From Takakia lepidozioides (taxonomy: Eukaryota > Plantae > Bryophyta), in NCBI GenBank assembly GCA_030704615.1, contig JAKLZA010000376.1:1-8000 (forward strand): a stretch of DNA of 8,000 nt. The letters run 5' to 3'. The notes below the pieces were generated by a model, which was not told the origin of the DNA, ran no database searches, and saw only the letters and a program-made list of their open reading frames with translations. Made by a program: the position numbers and the translations under genes. Numbering within the stretch: the stretch's first letter is position 1; each line of letters starts with the position of its first letter. This document shows, piece by piece, positions 1 through 7,683 of the stretch.

Positions 1-1
1 C

Positions 2-130
2 AAGCATTTGTACTACGTGTACCTAAAAAGACTCCGTTGTAATTCCACAACTCATCACTTCATACATGCACCAGGGTTGAGCCCCCAGGAGGTTCACACT
101 CTTCTGAATATGGATCCAGGGGACCAGTGA
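2..130 (+). CDS. 3' end of a SWIM zinc-finger gene of element A (partial, runs off the left edge; absent from the ORF track)
   Basis: Manual translation from base 2 gives KHLYYVYLKRLRCNSTTHHFIHAPGLSPQEVHTLLNMDPGDQ* (TGA 128-130). It aligns without gaps to KHLYYIFLKRMSCISAVDVFIHAPTLSFNELHKALRQDTGQT (from 7552) at 22/42 identities. Confidence 0.85.
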   Translation, partial: KHLYYVYLKRLRCNSTTHHFIHAPGLSPQEVHTLLNMDPGDQ

Positions 131-914
131 GCTTGGCTTGCGGTCCCAATACAATGGTACGCCCATCCTTTTCGGATAGTAGAACTGTACTGCTGCCAGT
201 ACCTCAGACTCTGGCCACAGAAAGGTCCGACATATGTCTTGCCTACCAGTAACCTGTTTTGCTCGAACTAAGATATTACTATATCGTTCACTTGTTTCCA
301 CGTGCATGTATTTTTGTATGTTGGAGGGTTCATGTTTTTCTGCTTTCCGAAAACTTCTTTCCTCATTCGACCTCCGACAAGGAAATGCGGCGCCGCATTT
401 CCAAGTATCGTCGTAGGTACTGGTAGAGGCGGCCTTCGCCAACACCAAACCGCTCCGAAATTTCGCACGTGCCAATCCTAATGCGGCACCTTATTTCCCA
501 GTTCAGTTGCAAACCTTTCCCGCCGAATACCCGAAGAAGACAGAATTGTGAAGTACTGCAGACTCTATTGGTGCAGACTCCATTGGTTCAATCGCGGCAA
601 AAGGGTCAGCTTCATTCCAATGTTAAGGCATGTAAAACCGCGGAATACTCTATACAGGCCAGTATGCGACGTCCTTTTGCAGTGGTATATTGGATTTCCC
701 GTTGCACGGTCACTTATTTCCATGAGCGGATCTAAAAAACCATGAGCGGACTTGTTACTGACGACATATCTTCGCCGCATTACATGATCTGGAACGTCCA
801 AAAACGGCAAGGTCAAATTAAAAACTATTATTTTAATACTTGTTTAATCTGCCGCATTTCCAAATTTGGAGGAGTCCGCTCATGAAATCCGCGTATCTTA
901 GACTTCGGCTCACC

Positions 915-980
915 GCTCATGCGGCTCATGCGGCTCATGGCTCATGGCTCATGGTTTCTGCTCATGAAATAGTAAACCTC
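915..980. repeat. Terminal inverted repeat (960-980) and subterminal GCTCATG repeats of element A
   Basis: GCTCATG at 915, 924, 933, 940, 947 and 960. Further copies at 878 and, in opposite orientation (CATGAGCGGA), at 721 and 741. Confidence 0.85.
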
Positions 981-1343
981 GCACGTAGCTTCCGCGTTAG
1001 CCCGCACTACAAAGCAACCCCCTCGGTAGCGCAGTTATAGTATGCGCACGCGCCAGGTGCGCATTACCACGTGAACTCCTAAAGAAGGCGCAAGTTTCCT
1101 TGCCCCTTGGATGGGAGTCATCCGATTTCGGCACTGCGCAAACACACGATTAACCCAATTTACCTCCCCCACTTTTGTAAGCTAGCATGCATTCTACACA
1201 CTAGCCAACCACACCATGCATCACCATTCCAAACAAAATAGGACGCACAACAATTGGAACCCATTTTCTTTATAACAAATTTTTGTACAAAACAAGTTTT
1301 TGCAATCGGATTCCTAAGCTAGCTAAGCCGGGCTAAGCATGCA
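981..1343 (-). mobile_element. Probable partial 3' LTR of a chromovirus, interrupted by element A at 980/981
   Basis: On the minus strand TG (1343-1342) immediately follows the polypurine tract downstream of the chromodomain stop. No second LTR is in the window, so the far boundary is inferred. Confidence 0.55.
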
Positions 1344-1354
1344 TTTCCTCCCCC
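1344..1354 (-). promoter_or_regulatory. Polypurine tract (PPT) of the LTR retrotransposon
   Basis: GGGGGAGGAAA on the minus strand, about 25 nt after the pol stop codon and directly before TG; this is the typical chromovirus layout. Confidence 0.7.
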
Positions 1355-1377
1355 ACGCTCCAAGGTTGATGTCCCCA

Positions 1378-1605
1378 TCAACGCTTCTTCCGCTTTTGAG
1401 GTCGCCCTTCGAAAACTGCAACCGCCTCGGATGCGTTTCGTATTTCTGAGGCACACACCCAAGATGCCTCCACATGATGATAGCCCTTCCATTTGACGAG
1501 ATACTCTGTTTCTCGGTTCTTGAACCTCCTCGACTTAAGTACTGCCTCCACCTCGTACTCAGGTTCATTTTCATGAACCAACAACACAGGTGGCGGACGC
1601 AACAT
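1378..1605 (-). pseudogene. Chromodomain at the C-terminus of a Ty3/Gypsy chromovirus integrase (pol fragment)
   Basis: PPP...EPEYEVEAVLKSRRFKNRETEYLVKWKGYHHVEASWV contains the chromodomain motifs YEVE, YLVKWKGY and SW, followed by a basic tail, stop, PPT and TG. The frame is cut at ~1605 by an insertion and appears to resume at 2136-2158 (YPPARGT). Confidence 0.9.
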
Positions 1606-1691
1606 GTCGTGCGCATACGTATCGCTACATAACTACATCGCTGTCCAAACCACACCACACATATATGCACAATAAAGTAGTCTGCCACAAT
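1605..1691 (+). repeat. 87-bp direct repeat, copy 1
   Basis: Identical to 2049-2135; begins TG, has CA at 1688-1689 and AATAAA at 1671-1676. Confidence 0.95.
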
Positions 1692-2048
1692 GATTGAACA
1701 AGCTAAGAGACACACTGTTCACACCAGAAACAACATGAAATCCATCGCTATCACTCGTTAAAACAGAAGTCGAGCCAGGGGCACCCTAAGCTATGGGGAC
1801 TCCACCCCACAACAACCTATACTCCCATCATAAGCACACTCAGTCCTAAACGATGCAGGAGCTCCGTCGCGCAGGCTCAACTCGAGAGAGATGAGCTGCG
1901 CGACTGCCGCTCTCGTGAAGATAAGGTGGTTCAGGTGTCAAACTAAACTTGACACCTGATTTAACACTTGACCTAAATCCAAGTGTTAAATACAAATAAC
2001 TAGCTTTATTCTAGTTGTTTTCACACTGTGCTTATTTAACTTGACAGC

Positions 2049-2135
2049 TGTCGTGCGCATACGTATCGCTACATAACTACATCGCTGTCCAAACCACACC
2101 ACACATATATGCACAATAAAGTAGTCTGCCACAAT
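2049..2135 (+). repeat. 87-bp direct repeat, copy 2
   Basis: Identical to 1605-1691. Confidence 0.95.
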
Positions 2136-2158
2136 CGTCCCCCTAGCTGGTGGGTAGG

Positions 2159-2219
2159 GAGGTTTACTATTTCATGAGCGCATGAGCCCATGAGCCCATG
2201 AGCCTATGAGCTCATGAGC
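2159..2219. repeat. Terminal inverted repeat (2159-2179) and subterminal CATGAGC repeats of element B
   Basis: GAGGTTTACTATTTCATGAGC, with CATGAGC at an exact 8-bp period: 2173, 2181, 2189, 2197, 2205 (TATGAGC) and 2213. Confidence 0.85.
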
Positions 2220-2320
2220 GGACATCCGCGGAATTGGAATTTTCCTGCCTTTATTGACGGTGTTATGTCCTCTTACCTCGGTAACAGGGTCTGTTTCTCC
2301 TGGTCCAGGATGCGGAATGA

Positions 2321-2606
2321 GGTATTTCGGCGCCGTTATTCCCAAGAGCAATGTGCTAAAATGGTGTTTTGAAGACATCCACCGGGGTATTTCGGCACCG
2401 AAATTACCTCTTAAAATGTGATATAGTGCGGTATTTAATGGCGCAGAACGGGCTATTTGGGCGCCGAAATACCCAAGTGGAATGTGCTGAAGTGCCTTGT
2501 GCTGAAGGCTTCCATTGCGATATTTTGGTACAGTAATTCATCCGCGGAATTTTTGAGGCCCATATAACGAAGGCGCGCATTGGGCTATTTCGGCGCCAAA
2601 TTTCCC
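2321..2606. repeat. Subterminal cluster of degenerate TATTTCGGCGCCGAAAT palindromes
   Basis: Core hexamers start at 2329, 2394, 2460, 2527 (degenerate) and 2592, giving a 65-67 bp spacing with unrelated spacers. Confidence 0.75.
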
Positions 2607-2844
2607 AATAGGAATGTTAGAAACGGCGGGTTTTCATGGCTTCAAGTTCTCGGCTCGATGGTGTGCATAAATTACTTGTATGGTTCTTCACTGAAGTTTG
2701 CGTCTCTTCTGCTTTTATTATACATTTTGGTTGGCGGAAGAAATGTAGGGAATCGGACAAGCAGTCTGAACACAATGATTTTTCAAAAATATTTTCATTA
2801 AGTGTTTCAGAACTGTACAACAAAAGGATCCAAATGAGACTTTG

Positions 2845-4499
2845 CTATGGTGAGGATCCGCTATCACTGTCCGATGCATCCCCGGCCTCATGCAAGGATG
2901 GCTGCCTTCCACCTGCCTCCGAACCTGCACTGTCGCTACCGCTGTTACTCTGAGAAGCCCTCCCCTCAAAAATACCATCCTCACCAGCCGGAACTGTCCA
3001 CCTGGGTGCGGAAGTGTCCTCAACATTCCCCTCGCTCTCGGACGCGGATTCTATTACGAACTTCCCTACTCTGCCTTTCACAATTCTATGTTTGGCCTCA
3101 CGCCTCATTATAATTCTCTGCTCATTCCCGTATGTCAATTGCTCTAACCGAGTAGGCCTATCCTCCCTCCTGATGGCTTCTCTGGCAGCCGTGTCTGCAT
3201 AGGCTGGTAGAAAAAAAGGCTTATGGGGACTCGCGAGAAACGATTTTTTGGCAAAGAATGGCCGATGCGATTCTGTCTCCTCCTCTGCAACAGGGTCCGA
3301 TTCGGGCAAGTCTCCCAGCTTCTCCTCGTCGGACGACTCTGCAAGGCTGAGTGTACGCACAAACATAGAATGAAGTACATTAGAGAATTCAAACAGGGAA
3401 TCATCGGCAGGTTGCATGGTCCCTACAACCGAAACCAATACACTTACTATGGTGCAACTCACTCGAAGACAGGCATTGGGGGAAGCGGCTTCGGGCGCCC
3501 CTGCATCGAACGAAATTCCTGGACTTCCTCCTCTTCATCTTCCTCCTCCCCTTCCACGTCATCTTCTGCGTTTTTGGGATCCTCAGTCGGAGGCAAACGC
3601 TGAAGGCCCGCCAAATTGTAATCGTACAAGGCCGTATCCCCCTCAAATGAGAACACAAATCGGTTCGACATCCTTCCCGCCCACATACAGGCACCTGCAA
3701 ATTCATACGACACAACCACAACCAAACTCAAGAATGAGTCGCTTCCTCGCACAAGCAAACATACACAAACGGAAATGGTGTCAATTTTGGTGCCGCATTC
3801 AATTAACGTTCTCACCTGTATTTGCAGTGATGTCGAGGACCCTGCCTTCAACATCCGTACATGTTTCCATGAGCGTCTGGGATGAATGCAGGACTCCTGG
3901 TCTTGCCATACCTCCATGGCTTGCCCGACAAATCACAAAGAATGTCCTTCTCTCCCACATGGTTGAACAGGACATTATACTCCAGTGGATCAACTGTGGA
4001 ATCAACAAGTCTTCCTGTTTCACGTAATTTGAATTTCTAATGTTTCTTCACGAAGCAAAATGCCTGAAAGATAAGAGTCTGCAGAGAAAGAAATGTCCTG
4101 GAGGTTTTGCTTCTCCGCAAGCTCCAGCAGGTTCTGATCGTCGCCAAGTCGTACCACGTTGTCGTCCTCTCCTTCTGTCAGCTCAATGGGCCGCCCTTCT
4201 GCAGATCCAACTCCCACATCTCCAGCGGCCTCCACCGCATTCGTGTTTTTTGAAATTGACTGCAAACCCAATATCTTCGCTTCCAGTCTCCCTAGGGGTT
4301 TTACTGGCGAAGCCATGGGCTCCTTCTGCTTCCTCGACTTCCAAACTCTAGGTGGGCTTTTCTGAGGCGATATCTGAGGTGTTGAATGAGGACTCGCCTG
4401 CCTCGATGCACTTCCACCTTGCGAGCGCAGCACCCGGGCAGGAGTATCCAAAGTTGACTGTGTTGCTTCGCCCCCCTGCGATCCCTCCCCAGCTCCCAT
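2845..4499 (-). pseudogene. Spliced, decayed gene with the SAM-binding half of a beta-class N4C/N6A DNA methyltransferase-like domain, flanked by low-complexity/acidic regions
   Basis: Reconstructed exons 4078-3816, 3694-3463 and 3346-2845, with frame-preserving GT-AG introns at 3815-3695 and 3462-3347. They read TLIFQAFCFVKKH*KFKLRETGRLVDSTVDPLEYNVLFNHVGEKDILCDLSGKPWRYGKTRSPAFI/QTLMETCTDVEGRVLDITANTG|ACMWAGRMSNRFVFSFEGDTALYDYNL. There is an in-frame TAG at 4039-4037 and a +1 frameshift at 3879-3881. An N-terminal S/P-rich exon runs from ATG 4499; a further acceptor at 4528-4527 suggests more upstream exons. Confidence 0.65.
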
Positions 4500-5163
4500 G
4501 TCAAACAAACAGGAAAACATGAGACACTGCACGCAAAAAAAAAGGTGTAAAAGGAATATTGCGTATGGAGTGCTTCATATCCGCAAAGCACGAATCTCTC
4601 ACTGGTGGGCGATCCGAGTCTCCGGATAACGAGGTCTGCATTTCATGCATGAGACGGAGCTTAAGTCGTGTCGTCGGCGGCTTCCCAAAATCCCGCGTCC
4701 TCCTTCTCTTTGCCGGAGTTGCCTGACCTTCCACAAACTCTATGCTACCACTATGCCGCATAAGGAGAGGAAACGCAGGAGAATGTCACTGCAGAAGGGC
4801 AAGGAGCGAAGAGCGAATCGGTGGAACATGCAACCACTATGCACGAGCAGATGTGTAAGCAGCCACGTCTCCCGAAGCGTTGCCACCGTCCACCACTTTC
4901 TGCCGTATGAGTGATGAAGAGATTGTGACCCCTGACACGTTCGCACGGATGAAGTCGACTGGAACACGACGCGTGCCAGTTCCAGCCACCAGTACAAGAC
5001 GGTTTATCCGAATTGCGGCACCGAAATACCTTCCGTTCACCGGATGCTGTTCCCGGAGCAGCCGACATTGAATGAAATATCTGCACATCATGAAACCCAA
5101 CCGCCATGAAAATCCCCTGCCTATGACATTCAACAGTCAGGTCGGTACGTTTCATCAGCGGAC

Positions 5164-6950
5164 GGATGAATTTCGGCGCCAAAATTCATCCTATTCAAGT
5201 GCTTTCGTACACAAACTTACAAATTTCGGCGCCGCAATTCATCGCTTCCCAAGTCCTCATTCGTCATGAGCAAACCTGTCAGTGGGATATCGGAGCCGGA
5301 ATTAATTCCGGGACAGTGGAAACGGCTGCACTTGGGCACATTTCATCCATATTTCGGCGCCGAAATTCATTACGAATATCTCCGTCCGCGCGTAGACGAG
5401 GTGAAATCATCCATATTTCGGCGCCGGAAATTCATCCAGAGCGAAGACTAAATCGGCACCATGCTATGCTTTGCCGCCATCATTGCCCCTGACGGATGCT
5501 GTCCATGCCTGTTGGACTTGCCATTTGTGGACATTTAACTATAATTTCGGCGCCGAAATTATACTTTATGTGCGGCAACGTCCCGTGCGAAAAAGACCAC
5601 TTAATGGATACTGTCGGTTTCAAAGGAAAAAAACGGCTAAAATGCAATTAATTTTGACAGAAGGGGTTCAATATGCCGATTTCTCCATTAAATGCAGAAT
5701 ATTCCTGTTATCTTCGTCGGAACGGGGTATTTCCAACGATTTACCGAAAATTATATCATCTAGAAGCAAATAGTAAGTGTCGGGTTTGGACGAATTTCGG
5801 CGCCAAAATTCATCCGTCGCATAGAAAATGTAATATTAGAGTTACTCATTGTGGACAGTAAGGATGAATTTCGGCGCCGAAATTCATCCATTTCAAAGAA
5901 AAATAAATATTGGAGGGAGGGCATTGGATGAATTTCGGCGCCGAAATCCGGCGCTGAAACCCTGAAAAGAATTTGGAGGGATGGAGTCGGTTGAATTTCG
6001 GCGCCGAAATTCATTGCTCGCGAAGAAAAAAAAAAATTCGGGAGGACTTCGGATGAATTTCGGCGCCGAAATTCATTGCTCGCGAAGAAAAAATTTTTTT
6101 TTTCGGGAGGACTTCGGATGAATTTCGGCGCCGAAATTCTTTGCTCCCGAAGAAAAAAAAAAATTCGGGAGGACTTCGGATGAATTTCGGCGCCGAAATT
6201 CATTGCTCGCGAAGAAAAAAAAAAAATTCGGGAGGACTTTGGATGAATTTCGGCGCCGAAATTCATTGCTCGTGAAGAAAAAAAAAAATTCGGGAGGACT
6301 TCGGATGAATGTCGGCGCCGAAATTCATTGCTCGCAAAGAAAAAAATAATTCGGGAGGACTTCGGATGAATTTCGGCGCCGAAATTCATTGCTCGCGAAG
6401 AAAAAGGAAAATTAGAAGGGAGTACTTGGATGAGATTCGGCGCCGAAGTTCATCTGTCAAAAAAAAAAAAAAAAAAAAAAAAAAAACTTCAGATGAATTT
6501 GGCACTGAAATCCATCCGCAGGGCAGCAGAATTAGGGTCGGAAAAGGAGATGAAGAATGAATTTCGGGGCCGAAATACATCCATTCTGCCGATTCAGGAT
6601 TACTGTCATTCGGATGTCAGCACCGATATCCGGACACGTGGTGAATCACGACTGTAATCAGGAACACATTCATCCGTATTTTGGCATCCAAATTCAACCC
6701 TCATGTGCAGAAACAATTTGATGAAGAAGATGTTCATCCGAATTTCGACACCGAAATCCATCCGTTGGGTGCTTGGTTAGTTTCATGAGGTGAACAAATT
6801 ACTATTTCTGTCGCCGGAATTTATCCCCTGGCTTCCAAAGTTGTTACATGACAGAGATGTTCATCCAGATTTCGGTGCCGAAATTCATGGGAAGGCCTGA
6901 TTTATTGTAGCCCAAGTGGTTGTACATTACAATTCAGGCACCAAATATCC
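5164..6950. repeat. Array of ~24 palindromic sites (consensus GGATGAATTTCGGCGCCGAAATTCAT) between the two divergent genes
   Basis: Core hexamer starts: 5175, 5228, 5292, 5356, 5420, 5549, 5799, 5873, 5937, 6000, 6062, 6127, 6189, 6252, 6314, 6375, 6439, 6501, 6566, 6619, 6683, 6747, 6810, 6874, 6937. A perfect 28-bp palindrome lies at 5862-5889. Confidence 0.9.
5992..6420 (+). repeat. Homogenised tandem repeat, ~62-bp unit x ~7 (GGATGAATTTCGGCGCCGAAATTCATTGCTCGCGAAG-An-TTCGGGAGGACTTC)
   Basis: Near-identical units of 61-65 bp that differ mainly in the A/T run. Confidence 0.95.
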
Positions 6951-7185
6951 GATGTGAACTTGCTGTTGTCGTCCGTTTTTGTAACGTACGTTACATACCT
7001 TCATCTTTACGTGCACCGATCACCCATCCTGTTGGATGCGGAATCCTTCAGAAAATCATTTGTGTTATTAGGTAGGACACACTCTTCTCACTGCAGGACT
7101 TCGCTGCGGAGCGTACCGAGAGGTCCCGTCTTCAACATGGACTCCCGTGTTTGGGTAAACGTGTACTTCCATCCTGATTCTCTGA

Positions 7186-7683
7186 AAGCTAAAATACGTT
7201 CCACGAAATCCAATTCCCAGTCGTCATCCTCCTCCCACGAGAAGCTCTTCGCCCCGCATACCGGTGGGTGACCCCGCAGCTTGGCCCACCCATCGGTGGG
7301 GGAAACTGAAAAGACGACGGCCACCAACAAAAGCGAACGACACCAGGATGGCCAACGCTCTTGCAATGCCCTGCATAGTGCAAGGTTGCAGGGATGTTCC
7401 TCACCCCAGGATGGGGCGCATATTTCAGTTGTCAACAGCCGGGTCTGCTGCGCGCAGTGTCGTGTATACAATCACGGTTTCACAGTACCCAGCTTGCAAC
7501 TGTGAGGACTTCCTTGTTATGGAATCGAAGAATGCAGCATACGTCCCCTGCAAACACCTTTATTACATTTTTCTGAAGCGCATGAGTTGCATATCCGCAG
7601 TGGACGTCTTCATCCATGCTCCAACACTGAGTTTCAACGAGCTGCACAAGGCCCTACGGCAGGACACTGGTCAGACTGCTTGA
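7186..7683 (+). CDS. C-terminal part of a SWIM zinc-finger protein (transposon-associated; 5' part missing or disrupted)
   Basis: Open frame from 7186 (after TGA 7183-7185) to TGA 7681-7683, containing YTITVSQYPACNCEDF...VPCKHLYYIF, a CxC-x15-CxH SWIM motif (7495-7557). A candidate splice acceptor lies at 7095-7096. A paralogous copy is at 2-130. Confidence 0.8.
   Translation, partial: KLKYVPRNPIPSRHPPPTRSSSPRIPVGDPAAWPTHRWGKLKRRRPPTKANDTRMANALAMPCIVQGCRDVPHPRMGRIFQLSTAGSAARSVVYTITVSQYPACNCEDFLVMESKNAAYVPCKHLYYIFLKRMSCISAVDVFIHAPTLSFNELHKALRQDTGQTA

Larger units (their letters stand above)
1..980 (+). mobile_element. Right end of TIR DNA transposon A (relative of element B)
   Basis: Ends in GCTCATGAAATAGTAAACCTC (960-980), the exact reverse complement of 2159-2179. 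Has subterminal GCTCATG repeats, a GGCGCC-centred palindrome (381-402) and a SWIM gene end paralogous to that of B. Confidence 0.8.
1605..2135. mobile_element. Small non-coding insertion with 87-bp identical terminal direct repeats (TRIM-like or Penelope-like non-autonomous element)
   Basis: 1605-1691 is identical to 2049-2135 (TGTCGTGCGC...AATAAAGTAGTCTGCCACAAT). Removing the insert rejoins the integrase frame. No canonical PBS, PPT or 4-6 bp TSD. Confidence 0.7.

Noticed and set aside
23-816. Minus-strand ORFs 23-475, 268-468 and 565-816, plus short plus-strand ORFs
   Set aside because: No recognisable domain. The supported coding frame is the plus-strand SWIM tail at 2-130, and the rest appears to be 3'/subterminal DNA of element A.
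1378-1605. Host chromodomain gene (HP1/LHP1-like) or a chromodomain fused to the MTase as in bdelloid N4CMT
   Set aside because: It is followed by a PPT and LTR start, preceded by an integrase-type PPP linker, and separated from the MTase-like gene by that gene's stop codon and a TIR.
1605-2135. Retrozyme/hammerhead ribozyme or Helitron
   Set aside because: No CUGANGA...GAAA core was found on either strand by eye, and there are no 5'-TC/CTRR-3' termini.
960-2179. A single MITE/Pack-type element bracketed by the 21-bp IRs and carrying a chromodomain
   Set aside because: Subterminal repeats, palindromes and the paralogous genes lie outside the bracket, so the IRs are outward ends of two separate elements.
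3223-4365. Plus-strand ORFs 3223-3603, 3416-4027, 4040-4351 and 4159-4365
   Set aside because: Antisense shadows of the spliced minus-strand gene, which has frame-consistent GT-AG introns and a recognisable motif block.
4501-5182. Additional upstream exons of the minus-strand gene (e.g. the PAKRRRTR-containing ORF 4501-4761, ORF 4751-5182)
   Set aside because: Plausible, with an acceptor at 4528-4527 and an NLS-like motif, but I could not fix a donor site, frame or domain, so it is not called.
5760-6657. ORFs 5760-6389, 6309-6560, 6386-6580 and 6430-6657 (MNFGAEIH repeats, poly-K/poly-F)
   Set aside because: These are translations of the palindrome array and A-tracts; the same peptide appears on both strands because the DNA is palindromic.
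5164-6950. CRISPR array (palindromic ~24-28 bp repeats with ~35-40 bp spacers)
   Set aside because: Central spacers are near-identical tandem copies, repeats are loop-less perfect palindromes that decay at both ends, no cas genes are present, and the context is eukaryotic (introns, chromovirus).
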